This document shows, in pieces, positions 28,524 through 40,194 of a stretch of DNA of 64,000 bases. The stretch spans positions 13,673 through 77,672 of the forward strand of contig JBFMGO010000014.1 of the NCBI GenBank assembly GCA_040752695.1, in the 5' to 3' direction. The position numbers and the translations under genes are program-made. The notes below the pieces were generated by a model. It saw nothing but the letters and a program-made list of their open reading frames with translations, did not search any database and was not told the DNA's origin. The DNA is from a bacterium (GTDB lineage Bacteria > SZUA-182 > DTGQ01). The first letter of the stretch is position 1. Each line of letters starts with the position of its first letter.

Positions 28524-30048
28524 GTGCATGGTAAGACAGCATGGAGTCAGGCGATACAGGAGAGGGGTCTTTTTTTTCATCATCCTGCACCTTTGCCTTT
28601 TACTTCCCTCATCATGCCGGGCGGCTCAGGCGGAGAAGGCGGGCATTATTGCAACCACACCGCAGACATTGAGCCTGGCGGTTGGGAAATCGATTGTCAT
28701 TGAGAGTCCGGTGCCAGTGGAACGGGTAACCCTTGCCGATCCTGCTGTGGCGGATGTACTGATACTGTCTCCTCAGCAAATTTACCTGAACGGGAAGGTC
28801 CCCGGTCTCACCAACATCACCCTATGGAGCGACAGGGTGAGAATCTCCGATGTTTTCGATCTCGAAGTCGTACCGGATATCACCCGGCTGAAGGAAAAAC
28901 TCCATGAAATATTTCCCCAGGAAGAAAATATCCGGATCACGGCCACCCACGACAGCCTCAGCCTGTACGGCACCGTTTCCAGTTCGGCCAGCCTCTCCGA
29001 AATACTGGCTCTGGTTCAGTCATACACGCCCAAAGGCAAAGGGGGAGAGTCGATGGTTAATAATTTTCTCGAGGTGGAAGGTGTGCACCAGGTGATGATC
29101 GAGGTTCAAATATCGGAGATGTCCCGGAGCCTGATCAAGGAATTGGGTATTAACTTCAGTGGGGTGAGTGCAGATGGAACAAAATTCGGGGTGAGTCTTC
29201 TCGACAGATTGTCAGGCATTGACAAGCTTTCGGCAGGTGAGAGCTTTACAACAAAGGAATTGGGTTTATCATCCAACCTGAATGCGATCTTCCGGTTTTA
29301 CGGAAATGATGTTCCCTGGACAGTCCTGATGAACGCATTGAAGGACGAGGGACTGGTAAAGGTCCTGGCTGAACCGACATTAATCACCTTAAGTGGCAAG
29401 CCTGCCGATTTTCTCGCCGGTGGAGAATTCCCTATTCCGGTCCCTCAGGAGGGAGGAATTACCATAGAATACAAGAAGTTTGGCGTAGGGCTTCAATTCA
29501 CTCCCATCGTACTGAGCAGCGGAAAGATCAACATGGAGGTGTCGCCGGAGGTGTCCGAACTTGATCCATCGAATTCCCTGTCCTGGAGCGGTTTTAAAAT
29601 ACCGGGCCTGAGCACGAGGCGCGTTTCGACGGTGATCGAGCTGGGTGACGGGCAGAGTTTTGCCGTTGCCGGTCTTTTGAAGAATAATGTCGGAGAATCT
29701 GTCCAGAAATTTCCTCTTCTTGGTGATATCCCTATCTTGGGTTCACTGTTCAGGAGCAGCTCTTTTCAAAAAAACGAGACCGAACTGATCATCATTGTTA
29801 CTCCTCACCTGGTAAAACCGCTCGATATGGCCAAACAGACCTTACCTACAGGCGAATACAGAGAACCGGATGACCTGGAGTTCTACTTTCAGGGAAAACT
29901 GGAAGGGAGAGGAGAACCGTTTCTTTCGTCTCCTGCTCCTTTAGATCTGCCATCGGCCCTGACGCTTCAAGGCAAGAAGGGAGTGCTTTTCCATGAGGTG
30001 CCTGCCGGAGATGGACTGGAAGGAGATTTTGGCCACATTGTGCCTTAA
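28507..30048 (+). CDS. cpaC: Tad secretin CpaC/RcpA (start may be ATG 28528)
   Basis: LAEPTLITLSG..A.FLAGGEFPIP, FGVGLQFTP, LGDIPILGSLFRS. Confidence 0.95.
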   Translation: MNGGSKCMVRQHGVRRYRRGVFFFIILHLCLLLPSSCRAAQAEKAGIIATTPQTLSLAVGKSIVIESPVPVERVTLADPAVADVLILSPQQIYLNGKVPGLTNITLWSDRVRISDVFDLEVVPDITRLKEKLHEIFPQEENIRITATHDSLSLYGTVSSSASLSEILALVQSYTPKGKGGESMVNNFLEVEGVHQVMIEVQISEMSRSLIKELGINFSGVSADGTKFGVSLLDRLSGIDKLSAGESFTTKELGLSSNLNAIFRFYGNDVPWTVLMNALKDEGLVKVLAEPTLITLSGKPADFLAGGEFPIPVPQEGGITIEYKKFGVGLQFTPIVLSSGKINMEVSPEVSELDPSNSLSWSGFKIPGLSTRRVSTVIELGDGQSFAVAGLLKNNVGESVQKFPLLGDIPILGSLFRSSSFQKNETELIIIVTPHLVKPLDMAKQTLPTGEYREPDDLEFYFQGKLEGRGEPFLSSPAPLDLPSALTLQGKKGVLFHEVPAGDGLEGDFGHIVP

Positions 30049-30170
30049 CATGTTAGCAAAAGCCTTAACTATAGTAGCAAAAAAGGGGGCCTGACCCCCT
30101 CGAATGCTTAGCCGATGCTTATGAGGGTAACCTCAAAGAGACTGTCAAGACGGCAGGGGAGGATTATGAT

Positions 30171-30452
30171 ATGAAGAAAAAATGCCTTGTTTTCATAACG
30201 CTGTTTGTTGGGTTCATGGTTTTGGCCGGTTGCGGTGGTGGTCTCAGTCGGCTGGAGGCTGACTACGGGACCTCGTATGCTCTTGCCAAGCGGAACCAGA
30301 CCCTCAACCCGGATGCGGGGGAAAAACCGGCGCCGGCTGCTTGCAGGCTCGATGGTCAGGCAGCCCAAAAGACGGTCGAGAAGTATCAAAAGGGCTTTGG
30401 ATGCCAGACCGAAGCATCCTCACATGCTGTCGGCATCAGTATCGGCAAATAG
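30171..30452 (+). CDS. Small lipoprotein of the Tad locus (pilotin-like)
   Basis: Lipobox LAGC; QTLNPDA...LDG motif; follows the secretin. Confidence 0.75.
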   Translation: MKKKCLVFITLFVGFMVLAGCGGGLSRLEADYGTSYALAKRNQTLNPDAGEKPAPAACRLDGQAAQKTVEKYQKGFGCQTEASSHAVGISIGK

Positions 30453-30470
30453 CAGCCAGTTTGGAAGGAG

Positions 30471-30908
30471 GTGTTGGCAATTATGAGAAAACCAGAATTG
30501 GCTGATGAAAAAGGTGTAGCGGTAGTAGAATTTGCTCTTGTTCTTCCGCTGTTGCTTGCCCTTTTTTTCGGCATGGTCGAATTCGGTGTGATCCTGTATG
30601 ATCAGCATTTAATTACCAATGCGACCAGGGAGGGCGCGCGCGCTGGGATTGTGGCTCAAGATCCCAGAGTAAATGATGATGCTATAAAGAAAATTGTTAA
30701 AGATAATATGTCGTACCTTATAAGTCTCGGTAAAGGGGCCGTAGCATCACAAGACCCAAATGTTATTCACCCTACGAATCCAAATTTTGGAGACGACCTT
30801 ACAGTTAATGTGTCTTATCAATACCATTTTCTGGTCGCTTCCGCTCTTATTCCAGGGCTCGGCGATTCGATTGAGTTGCGTGCCCAAACGGTGATGAAAT
30901 ATGAATAA
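30471..30908 (+). CDS. tadE: TadE-like pseudopilin
   Basis: KG|VAVVEFALVLP and NATREGAR. Confidence 0.92.
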   Translation: MLAIMRKPELADEKGVAVVEFALVLPLLLALFFGMVEFGVILYDQHLITNATREGARAGIVAQDPRVNDDAIKKIVKDNMSYLISLGKGAVASQDPNVIHPTNPNFGDDLTVNVSYQYHFLVASALIPGLGDSIELRAQTVMKYE

Positions 30909-32112
30909 CACAGAAAATAATGACAATAAGAAAAAATGGACATGGCTCATTTCAGGCATAAGGGGTCAGAGGGGGGCGGTAGCCATTTTGGTAGCGTCGT
31001 TTCTTGTATGTTTGACTGGTGTAGCGGCATTAGTTATTGATATGGCGAACCGCCATGTCAATAAGAACACCCTTCAAAATACTTCTGATGCGGCAGCATT
31101 GGCCAGTACCAGGGTGTTAGGAGAAAAGTACAAATCGTTGCAGGAGGGGGACGAGTACGTTTGTGATCAAGGAGCCATTGATGAGATTATCAGCGCCTGC
31201 ATCGATGTAGCAGTAAAGAACAGGCCTGCTGGAGAAAAGGAAATTATCACTATCACTGATAGCGATGTATGGATCGGAAACTGGGATAAGGTAAATAATA
31301 AATTGGATCCTAATTATCCAATCAGGGACAGTCGTGTTTTTCTGCTTATCAATCCGGATGGAGTAAAGGTAATAGCCCATAGAGATGGAGAAAACCAGGT
31401 ACCCACCTTTTTTGCCAGGATATTGGGTATAGACGCTATGAACGTTGCTGCAGATGCCACGGCTGCTCTGCTTCCTGAAATACCCGGCGGCACCGTACCT
31501 CCCGGCGTACCTCCCGGTGGACCTTCTGGAACATCCATCGGGCGCATTCCCATCACGGTTGGGGTTAGCGAGCGTATTTTTAAAGAACATGATATAGATG
31601 GTGAAACGGTTAGAATTCATCCCCTTGGGAGTGAATTAGGCATAGATTTTAATGAATATTTCGGGTGGCATACCTATGACCGGGAAGCGAATACTGATAA
31701 CTTGAAGGATATCCTGAGAGAATTTCAAGAAGGGAAACTCGAATGCCCGGATGCGGTAATAGGCAGAACAGTATTCAATTTCTTTTATCCTGGTGTAGAG
31801 CGTGCTGGGCAGGACATGGCGGATGCTTTTGGCCCCATACTGGAGCTCGATTCGGATACGCAAAGAAATAATTATGGTGATCTTGACGAAGACCCTAATA
31901 CCTGGACGATACCCATAGTGGTTTATGAGGATAGCAGCACTTCCGTGCCTGAACATCCGGAAGGTGAGAAACTTATCGTAGGGTCCTGCAGGCTGACTGT
32001 AACAATTGTTGGAGAGGGGGGCGGAACTGAAACGATAATAGAGGGCATCATTGACGATGAGCCGGATGATGTGCCGATACAGGCATCGGCTATCCCTGTA
32101 CTCGTGCAGTAA
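30901..32112 (+). CDS. tadG: TadG-like pilus-associated protein
   Basis: RG|AVAILVA, LQNTSDAAALA, TFFARILG..V.A.ATA. Confidence 0.85.
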   Translation: MNNTENNDNKKKWTWLISGIRGQRGAVAILVASFLVCLTGVAALVIDMANRHVNKNTLQNTSDAAALASTRVLGEKYKSLQEGDEYVCDQGAIDEIISACIDVAVKNRPAGEKEIITITDSDVWIGNWDKVNNKLDPNYPIRDSRVFLLINPDGVKVIAHRDGENQVPTFFARILGIDAMNVAADATAALLPEIPGGTVPPGVPPGGPSGTSIGRIPITVGVSERIFKEHDIDGETVRIHPLGSELGIDFNEYFGWHTYDREANTDNLKDILREFQEGKLECPDAVIGRTVFNFFYPGVERAGQDMADAFGPILELDSDTQRNNYGDLDEDPNTWTIPIVVYEDSSTSVPEHPEGEKLIVGSCRLTVTIVGEGGGTETIIEGIIDDEPDDVPIQASAIPVLVQ

Positions 32113-32163
32113 AAAGACATTTCCATGAGGTGAGGGGGGCAAGAGCGAGAAAACTGGCAGGGG

Positions 32164-32428
32164 AATTCCCATGCAGTGTCCTCAAGACAGATCGCATTCA
32201 ATCCGCGGCTGGATTCAGCACGTAACATGCAGGGGGTGGGACTTATTCCCCACCAACGATGGTAGAGGGCAGGGCAAAAGAGCCCCACCCCCTGCATGTT
32301 GAGTATCGGTGATACCTTGCCCCATGATCAAGGGGATGTTTTTATTTCCCCCCTTTGTAAAGGGGGACAGGGGGGATTTGGAGAGATTTTCGAGGAATGC
32401 CCCCCATTCAATATCGGCCGGGGTAATT
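32164..32428. mobile_element. Putative MITE/REP composite element between tadG and tadZ
   Basis: Ends AATTCCC...GGGGTAATT; internal 17-bp IR (32224-32240/32284-32300) and CCCCCCTTT-AAAGGGGG hairpin; similar to 61409..61660. Confidence 0.5.
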
Positions 32429-32549
32429 GCCGGCCAGGGCACTAAACTGACTGCATCGCCCTTGCGGCTATACCTGTATATTGTTTTGGGAGCAGGAGTG
32501 GCAAACAGGATATGATCGAACCTTAAAACTGGGAGTTGAAAAACACATT

Positions 32550-33770
32550 ATGCCTGAAAACAGTATTTCAGTGAGATTCAGAATCAAGACGCAGAAGATA
32601 AGAGAGGAATTGGAAGAGGCCATCTCCTCGATAGAGGGGTTTGTTCTCCAGCGGTCTGAGAGCTCACAGCCCTGCGACCTTCTGATCATGGAAATGGGAG
32701 ATGATCCGGCAGAGGAGTTTCGGCTGGTAAATGATTTCCAAACCCTGGGAATAGCGGGCGAGGTTTTTCTGACCTCGGATGTCACGGACTCTGAGACCCT
32801 GCTCAAGGCTTTAAGAACCGGCGTCAGGGAGTTTTTCCCCCAGCCTCTTCAGAGGGAAGAGGTGAAAACCGCCCTTATACACTTTAAAGAGCGGTTCGCG
32901 GAACAAAAGGGACAGGGAGGAGCAGGCAAGTCCTCATCGAAGAAGGGTAAGATAATAGCTGTCCTGGGCAGCAAGGGCGGGACGGGAACGACGACGGTAG
33001 CGGTAAATCTGGCTGCCTGCCTGGCCGGACCGGGTGGGGGGCAGTCAATCGCTCTTTTGGACATTGGTTTTCCTTTCGGGGATGTATCGCTCTATTTAGG
33101 CATAAAACCCCTTTTTGACTGGACAGAGGCTGTCAGGAACATTTCCCGGCTGGATAATACCTATCTGACGAGTATTCTTACGAAACACTCTTCAGGGATT
33201 TACGTATTGCCATCTCCAGCCAGGCTGTCCGGGGAGCAGGAAATTGCCTCGGAGGACATGAAAGCTCTTCTTGAGGTCATGCGCACCATGTTTGATTTTA
33301 TTATCGTAGACTGCGCACAGGCTCTCGATGGAGCGGGCAGAATGGTTTTGAAGGAGTCGGATACGGTTCTTATGGTTACTCTTCTCAGCCTTCCCTGCCT
33401 TGTTAATGTCAAAAGAATCCTGTCCACTTTCCGGGACTTCGGTTATCCTTCTGAAAAGGACATACAAATACTGGCGAACCGGGTCCATAAAAACTCCCCC
33501 GTTTCTCTGAAGGAGGCGGAAGAGAGTGTCAAGAAAAAATTCCTGTGGGTATTTCCGAACAACTATCAACTGACCATGAGAGCCATCAATCAGGGAAAAT
33601 CCCTTTGTGTTCTGGATCATGGTGCTGAAATATCCAAAAAGTTCAGAGAGTTGTCTTCTGCTTTTTCTGGCAGGAGCGAGAATGATGCAAAGGAGGGTTT
33701 TGCCGGTTCCAGGGTGGGGAAATTGCTGACAAAAATTATCGGCGAAAGCGCCATCTTGTCAAGTCATTAA
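32550..33770 (+). CDS. cpaE: TadZ/CpaE (receiver-like domain plus MinD/ParA-type ATPase)
   Basis: ALRTGVREF; deviant Walker A KGGTGTTT; FDFIIVD. Confidence 0.92.
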   Translation: MPENSISVRFRIKTQKIREELEEAISSIEGFVLQRSESSQPCDLLIMEMGDDPAEEFRLVNDFQTLGIAGEVFLTSDVTDSETLLKALRTGVREFFPQPLQREEVKTALIHFKERFAEQKGQGGAGKSSSKKGKIIAVLGSKGGTGTTTVAVNLAACLAGPGGGQSIALLDIGFPFGDVSLYLGIKPLFDWTEAVRNISRLDNTYLTSILTKHSSGIYVLPSPARLSGEQEIASEDMKALLEVMRTMFDFIIVDCAQALDGAGRMVLKESDTVLMVTLLSLPCLVNVKRILSTFRDFGYPSEKDIQILANRVHKNSPVSLKEAEESVKKKFLWVFPNNYQLTMRAINQGKSLCVLDHGAEISKKFRELSSAFSGRSENDAKEGFAGSRVGKLLTKIIGESAILSSH

Positions 33771-33828
33771 TACTGAGCGAATCAAGTCATGAATAGTTAT
33801 CAAAACATCAGAAGATTAAGGAGAATAC

Positions 33829-35151
33829 ATGGCCCTCGTGGGTGAAAGACCGTTTACATTCTCAAGAACGAATGAATACATCGAGATGAAAGCAAGAGTT
33901 CATGATCGCCTTCTGGAGGTTTTGGACCTGTCGCTGATCGATTCTCTTGACCAGGTTTCATTGAGACGGCAAATCCGGGAACTGACTGAGGAAATAGTAT
34001 CGGAAGATCAGTTCAGCATGCCCCTTAATTCCGAAGAGCGGGAGCGATTTTACCGCGAAGTTCAGGATGAAGTGGTCGGGCTTGGGCCCATAGAGCCTTT
34101 CATGCGAGATCCTACGGTTTCGGATATCATGGTGAATGGGTATAAACAGGTATATGTGGAGACGCGGGGGAAATTACATCGTACTGATGTCCGCTTCAGG
34201 GATGATGCCCACTTGAGGAAAGTCATTGACAGAATTGTATCCGCCGTCGGGCGCAGGATTGACGAGTTCTGCCCTATGGTGGATGCCAGGCTGCCGGATG
34301 GCTCGCGAGTCAATGCCATCATTCCTCCTGTGGCTGTCGATGGACCTTCGCTGTCGATTAGGCGTTTTGCCGTTGATCCACTCGAATTGGATGATTTGAT
34401 CGAATTAAAAACCCTGATTCCGGAAATCGGAGAACTTCTGCAGGGGATCGTCAAGGCGAGGCTGAATGTTTTGATTTCCGGAGGAACCGGCAGCGGAAAA
34501 ACCACGCTTCTGAATGTGCTTTCCCGGTTTATTCCCGCTGACGAGAGGATCGTCACGGTCGAGGATGCTGCAGAGCTGCAACTGAAACAGGAACATGTAG
34601 TCCGTCTGGAAACGAGGCCTTCCAATGTCGAGGGCAAGGGTGAGATCAGCACCAGGGATCTGGTGAGGAACACTCTGAGAATGCGGCCTGAGCGGATTAT
34701 CGTCGGTGAGGTCAGGGGATCGGAGGTTCTGGACATGCTCCAGGCAATGAACACGGGGCATGATGGATCACTGACGACTATCCATGCCAACTCACCCCGC
34801 GATGCTCTCATCCGGCTGGAGACACTGGTGGCCATGTCCGGGCTCACCATCCCCCATGAGGCAGTCAGGAGATATATCTCATCTGCCCTGAATGTCATCA
34901 TTCAGTGTGCACGTCTTGTCGATGGAAGCAGGAAAGTGATGAGTCTCCAGGAGGTTACGGGAATGGAAGGAAACATAATCACCATGCAGGAAATCGTTTG
35001 CTTTGAACAAACCGGCATGGATGACAACGGCAGAGTAAAAGGGAGATTCAGAATGTCAGGTGTCCTGCCGCGGTTTATAGACAGATTTAAGGTGCGGGGA
35101 ATCCCCTTTTCGTATGAAACCTTCGGCACCCCAAGAGTGTTGGAGATTTAG
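33829..35151 (+). CDS. tadA: TadA/CpaF pilus assembly ATPase
   Basis: [38 protein letters not shown]. Confidence 0.97.
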   Translation: MALVGERPFTFSRTNEYIEMKARVHDRLLEVLDLSLIDSLDQVSLRRQIRELTEEIVSEDQFSMPLNSEERERFYREVQDEVVGLGPIEPFMRDPTVSDIMVNGYKQVYVETRGKLHRTDVRFRDDAHLRKVIDRIVSAVGRRIDEFCPMVDARLPDGSRVNAIIPPVAVDGPSLSIRRFAVDPLELDDLIELKTLIPEIGELLQGIVKARLNVLISGGTGSGKTTLLNVLSRFIPADERIVTVEDAAELQLKQEHVVRLETRPSNVEGKGEISTRDLVRNTLRMRPERIIVGEVRGSEVLDMLQAMNTGHDGSLTTIHANSPRDALIRLETLVAMSGLTIPHEAVRRYISSALNVIIQCARLVDGSRKVMSLQEVTGMEGNIITMQEIVCFEQTGMDDNGRVKGRFRMSGVLPRFIDRFKVRGIPFSYETFGTPRVLEI

Positions 35152-35164
35152 GGAGAGAAAGAGT

Positions 35165-36142
35165 ATGCTCCATATCATCGCTTCTATTGCCCTCTTTGCC
35201 ACTTTGGTATTCTTTTTTATCGAGATCTTCCTGATTCAAAGAGCCATACGGAATCCGGAAGCGAAGAGACTTAAAAAGCAGCTTGAAGAGATCACCGGTG
35301 AAGCCCCAAGACGTCCCTCCGTTACTACCATCAGGCTGAAGCAGCAAAGGAGTGATATTCCCTGGCTCAACAGGGTGCTGTCAAGTGCCTGGGCACCCCT
35401 TATACACTGGTTTGATCAGATTCTGCTGCAATCCAATACCCAGCATCCCCTGGGAGTTTTTGTCCTGTTCAGTCTTCTTCTTGGTCTGAGCGGATTTTGT
35501 ATTGTCTTCAGGCTGACCAGGAGCTACCCTCTCGCATTTCCCGCGGGAGGGCTGGCGAGTACCTTGCCCTTTTTCTACCTTTCCATAAAAAGGATGCGCA
35601 GAATGCGCAAGTTTGAACAGCAGTTGCCCGATGCCCTCGATTTGATTGCACGGGCATTAAAAGCAGGACAGGCTTTCCCCGGCGGGCTCCAGATGGTGGC
35701 CCAGGAGTTTGACGATCCCATAGGCCCTGAATTCGAAAAAACCTTTGTTCAGATCAACCTCGGTGCCGGTTATCAGGAGGCATTAAAAAGTCTCACCGAT
35801 CGCGTCGATTGTCCTGACCTCAAATTTTTTGCCATTTCCGTTATTATTCAGAGACAAACCGGTGGGAATCTAGCTGAAATTTTGGAAAACATCAGCCGTC
35901 TCATCAGGGAAAGATTCAAGCTGCGCGGTCATGTTCGAGCCCTGGCTGCTGAAGGGAAGCTGTCTGCCTGTGTTCTGATAGCACTCCCTTTTTTAATCTT
36001 TATTACGCTTTCTTGCATCAATCCGGATTATGTCAATGTTTTAGTAACGAATGATATTGGGAAGATGCTGATTTTCGGCTCGCTGGTCATGATGATGCTG
36101 GGAGTTTTCATTATGAAAAAAATTGCTACCATAAAGGTTTAG
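35165..36142 (+). CDS. tadB: TadB inner-membrane platform protein
   Basis: FEQQLPDALDLIARALKAG, QRQTGGNLAEIL. Confidence 0.93.
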   Translation: MLHIIASIALFATLVFFFIEIFLIQRAIRNPEAKRLKKQLEEITGEAPRRPSVTTIRLKQQRSDIPWLNRVLSSAWAPLIHWFDQILLQSNTQHPLGVFVLFSLLLGLSGFCIVFRLTRSYPLAFPAGGLASTLPFFYLSIKRMRRMRKFEQQLPDALDLIARALKAGQAFPGGLQMVAQEFDDPIGPEFEKTFVQINLGAGYQEALKSLTDRVDCPDLKFFAISVIIQRQTGGNLAEILENISRLIRERFKLRGHVRALAAEGKLSACVLIALPFLIFITLSCINPDYVNVLVTNDIGKMLIFGSLVMMMLGVFIMKKIATIKV

Positions 36143-36161
36143 ACAGGCGGAGATCGATACC

Positions 36162-37112
36162 ATGAATTATTATTTAATATGCGGATTAATATATTCCGAT
36201 ATCCTGTTAGCCACCATGTGGATTTACCTTTATGTCATTTACATCAGGGAACGCCATAACCTCATGGAAAAAATTAAACAAGATGGGGTCAGGCAAAAGG
36301 GGCGGGGGACCAAGATCCTGTCCGGATCGGGTGCCGTTATCTCCTGGACCAAACTGTACTTGACAAAGGTTATGAGCAAACTGGGAAACAAGCTGAAGCC
36401 GAAGAACGAGGGGGAATTGTCCAGCGCGCAGACAAAGCTTTTACGTGCCGGTTACCGGAACAGAAACGCTGCCATCATTTTTTTCGGTGTCAAGGGCTTT
36501 TTTGTCATTCTATTTCCGTCCATCCTTCTCCTTCGATTTTTTGTCTTCAGGCCATCGAGCGTTTCCCGGTTTACGTTTCTCCTGCTCCTGTCCACAGTGA
36601 TTAGTCTTTATTTACCTCAGCTCTGGCTCTATGTACGCATTTCCCGAAGAAAAGAGAGGATAACCGAAGGATTTCCCGATACGCTTGACCTGCTGGTTGT
36701 CTGCGTTGAAGCGGGTATGGGGCTGGATGCAGCTATAAACCGCGTTGCAGACGAGATGAAACTGGTCAACAATGTGATCAGCGAAGAACTTCAAATGCTC
36801 AACCTGGAACTGAGGGCAGGGAAACCGCGTCTGGATGCCCTGAGGAGCCTCGCTTTCAGGACTGACCTGGACGATGTAAAGAGCCTGGTAACCTTATTAA
36901 TTCAAGCAGACCGGTTTGGTACCAGTGTAGCACAGGCATTGAGGATTCAATCGGACTCCATGAGAACAAAAAGATATCAGAAAGCAGAAGAGAAAGCTGC
37001 CCAGTTATCGGTGAAACTCCTGTTTCCCCTTATCTTTTGCATTTTTCCATCTCTCTTTATTATCATCCTGGGACCAGCGGTTATTCGACTGCTGGAAATT
37101 TATCACCGCTGA
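36162..37112 (+). CDS. tadC: TadC inner-membrane platform protein
   Basis: FPDTLDLLVVCVEAGMGLDAA, QADRFGTS, KLLFPLIFCIFP. Confidence 0.93.
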   Translation: MNYYLICGLIYSDILLATMWIYLYVIYIRERHNLMEKIKQDGVRQKGRGTKILSGSGAVISWTKLYLTKVMSKLGNKLKPKNEGELSSAQTKLLRAGYRNRNAAIIFFGVKGFFVILFPSILLLRFFVFRPSSVSRFTFLLLLSTVISLYLPQLWLYVRISRRKERITEGFPDTLDLLVVCVEAGMGLDAAINRVADEMKLVNNVISEELQMLNLELRAGKPRLDALRSLAFRTDLDDVKSLVTLLIQADRFGTSVAQALRIQSDSMRTKRYQKAEEKAAQLSVKLLFPLIFCIFPSLFIIILGPAVIRLLEIYHR

Positions 37113-37278
37113 TTACAGAAAGAGCATTAACCCTTGAATAACATTTTTATTCACACCGGAGGTTTTTGAATATGAAGAATAGAGGCAGGCAGCCTGTTAC
37201 CAATGACAATATCAACGCACTAACAGACCGGCATCCGATCCTGCAGAGAGGATTGCTCAGGTCGAAACAAATACGCCT

Positions 37279-38238
37279 ATGAGACCGTTGACACTTTTTC
37301 GTACACTCATTTTTTCCCTTCTCCTTATCATCGCTACGGGCCTTTTGGGGTGTGCCACTGTGGGAGACCAGAAGAATGTTCTTGGTGAGGGCGACTATGA
37401 GCGGTGGCTGGACATGGAAAAGCAAATTGACTCAGAACCGCTGGCGGAAGAAGCTGCAAACAGAGGGCCGGCAGTAACTGCCGAAGAATTTGAAGAGCTC
37501 GGTGACCGGTACGTCAGACAGGGCAAAACGGGTATGGCTCTTTTAGAATATGAAAAGGCTCTTCGCCTGAAGCCGCATGAGTCTATCCTTCGTTACAAGA
37601 TGGGGATTATCTACCTGAAAAGGGATATGATCAACGAGGCACTGAAGGCCTTTGAGGAGGTTCTCTCGGATAATCCGAAAAATGCTCTGGCTCATGAAGG
37701 CAAAGGACGGGTATTTCTCGCCAGGGGCGAACTGGATGCAGCAAAAGAGAGCTTCCAGACGGCTATAAATCTCAACCCGCAATCATGGCAGCCGTACGTT
37801 TTCCTGGGATTGGTTTATGACCATAAGAAGCAGTATATATCCGCTATCAACGAGTATCAGAAGGCGATAGCCATAAACCCGGCTTCAAGTACCCTGTTGA
37901 ATAATCTGGGAATGTCCTATTACCTGAAAGGAGATTATCAGCAGGCAGTAGATACCTTGACCGAGGCATCGCAAATGGTGCAGGTAGACCCAAAAACATA
38001 TAATAATCTCGGCCTGGCCCTGGGCAAAGCGGGAAAGTATGAGGAAGCGCTGGAGGCTTTCAAAAAGGGCGGGGATGAGGCTGCCGCTTACAATAATCTC
38101 GGGTGTCTCTACATGGGTGACGGGAAATATGAGGAAGCGATTCAGTCATTTGAGAAAGCGGTTGAAAACAAAGCTGGTTTTTACCCAAAGGCTCATGAAA
38201 ATCTCATAAAGGCCAGGGCCGCTCTATTCAGCAAGTAA
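37279..38238 (+). CDS. tadD: TPR lipoprotein, TadD-like
   Basis: Lipobox LLGC; multiple TPRs (NNLG..Y); last gene of the tad operon. Confidence 0.85.
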   Translation: MRPLTLFRTLIFSLLLIIATGLLGCATVGDQKNVLGEGDYERWLDMEKQIDSEPLAEEAANRGPAVTAEEFEELGDRYVRQGKTGMALLEYEKALRLKPHESILRYKMGIIYLKRDMINEALKAFEEVLSDNPKNALAHEGKGRVFLARGELDAAKESFQTAINLNPQSWQPYVFLGLVYDHKKQYISAINEYQKAIAINPASSTLLNNLGMSYYLKGDYQQAVDTLTEASQMVQVDPKTYNNLGLALGKAGKYEEALEAFKKGGDEAAAYNNLGCLYMGDGKYEEAIQSFEKAVENKAGFYPKAHENLIKARAALFSK

Positions 38239-38605
38239 GCAAGCAAGTAAGTAAGTAATTGAGGCAGGAGGCAGGAGGCTGAGAAGGCTCGATGTGAGGG
38301 CTGGTGTTGCCGGGGTTGATGTTTAATGTCGCTGGACTAGGATGCTGGTTGCCGGGGCTGAACGCTTGATGCCGAAGTTGGGTGGGGTGCAAGGATGCAG
38401 GACAATGGTGCTGGAGGCTTGGAGCAGGCTTACGCTGTGGAGGCTGGATATTGTGGCGGCTGGTGGCTGGATGCGGGGTGGCGCAGTGCTGGGCAAAATG
38501 GTCCAGGCACTGCGCACCCCGTAATCTCAACCATGTATTGGTATCGGTTCATCGAAGAGCGCCAGATTTCCTTTTCCCTTGTGGGGCAGTTCGTTTTTTC
38601 ATCTT

Positions 38606-39994
38606 TTAAGGCAGTCCGGCCATTTTGTCAGGCTGTACTGCCTGGTCGAATTCTTCTTCAGTTAAAAATCCCAGGTTACGTGCAGCCTCTTTCAGGGTGG
38701 TTTTTTCCTGGTATGCTTTTTTGGCAATCTGGGCGGCCCGGTCATAGCCGATTTTCGTATTGAGGGCAGTGACCAGCATAAGAGAATTTTTCACATACTC
38801 CTCGATTCGTTCACGGTTGGGTTCGATTCCTATCACGCACTTATGATTGAAGGAAATGGACGCGTCGGCCAGCAGCCGGATGGACTGGAGCAGATTGTAA
38901 ATCATCACCGGCTTGTAGACATTCAGCTCGAAATTGCCGGAGGCTCCGGCCAGAGTGATGGCGGCATCGTTGCCGATTACCTGGCAGGCGACCATAGTCA
39001 GGGCCTCACACTGGGTGGGATTAACCTTGCCGGGCATAATGGAGCTCCCCGGCTCGTTTTCCGGTATGCTGATTTCAAACAGTCCGCACCGTGGGCCGCT
39101 GGCCAGCCACCGGATATCGTTCGCGATCTTCATCAGACAGCAGGCCACGGATTTCAATGCCCCGCTGGTTCCTACCACTGCATCGTTGGCAGCCAGTGCC
39201 TCGAACTTGTTTTCAGCGCTGACAAAGGGCAGCCCGGTCAACCGGGAAATTTCCCCGGCAACCTCGATGCCGTAATTCGGCGGCGCATTGAGCCCGGTGC
39301 CGACGGCGGTTCCTCCAAGGGCCAATTCCGAGAGGTGAGACAGGGTATTTCGGATCGCTTTGATTCCATGCTCGATTTGAGAAGCATATCCGGAAAATTC
39401 CTGTCCGAGCGTCAAGGGGACAGCATCTTGCAGGTGTGTCCGGCCAATTTTGACGATACCGGCAAATTCCCTTGATTTTTCCCCAAGCACATCTTTCAAC
39501 TGAGTCAGGGCGGGCAGCAAGCGGCAGGTGATCTGCTCAAAGGCCGCAATGTGCATGGCGGATGGAAAGACATCGTTTGAGGATTGGGACTTGTTGACAT
39601 GATCGTTGGGATGGACGGGATATTTACTGCCGAGTGTTCCTCCGAGGATTTCGATGCTGCGGTTTGCGATGACCTCATTGATATTCATGTTGGTCTGGGT
39701 TCCGCTGCCGGTCTGCCAGACTATGAGGGGGAAATGGTCATCCAGTTCGCCAGCGATGACTTCGTTGGCAGCCAGCTCAATCGCCTCTGCCAGCTTTCGA
39801 TCCAGCACTCCCAGCCGGGCATTCACCCTGGCCGCGGCTTTTTTCAGGATACCGAGCGCCCGGATAAATTCCCTGGGAAAACGCTCAGTACCGATTTTAA
39901 AGTTTTCCAATGACCTCTGGGTCTGGGCACCGTAATACCGGTCCGCTGGGACTTGAATTTCTCCCACGCTGTCTTTTTCCATGCGATTCGACAT
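38606..39994 (-). CDS. fumC: Fumarate hydratase class II
   Basis: [37 protein letters not shown]. Confidence 0.98.
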   Translation of the reverse strand: MSNRMEKDSVGEIQVPADRYYGAQTQRSLENFKIGTERFPREFIRALGILKKAAARVNARLGVLDRKLAEAIELAANEVIAGELDDHFPLIVWQTGSGTQTNMNINEVIANRSIEILGGTLGSKYPVHPNDHVNKSQSSNDVFPSAMHIAAFEQITCRLLPALTQLKDVLGEKSREFAGIVKIGRTHLQDAVPLTLGQEFSGYASQIEHGIKAIRNTLSHLSELALGGTAVGTGLNAPPNYGIEVAGEISRLTGLPFVSAENKFEALAANDAVVGTSGALKSVACCLMKIANDIRWLASGPRCGLFEISIPENEPGSSIMPGKVNPTQCEALTMVACQVIGNDAAITLAGASGNFELNVYKPVMIYNLLQSIRLLADASISFNHKCVIGIEPNRERIEEYVKNSLMLVTALNTKIGYDRAAQIAKKAYQEKTTLKEAARNLGFLTEEEFDQAVQPDKMAGLP

Positions 39995-40194
39995 ATTTTT
40001 CCCCTCTTAAGATGTGATTTATTTTTAAACCCAAGCGTGATATATATGTTAAGTTCAATCAAAATTCCCTTGCTAACTATATCACAGTGTTGCCAAGTGC
40101 TTATAGGGATTTTCGAATAATATTTCTTTACGAAAAGCTCATTTATGGTTAGAATAAGAATAAATACACTTAGAAAGAGGGAGGATCTTGCTCA

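Noticed and set aside
38240..38600. Short ORFs in the GCTGG-rich tract after tadD
   Set aside because: Low-complexity degenerate repeats; no coherent protein in any frame
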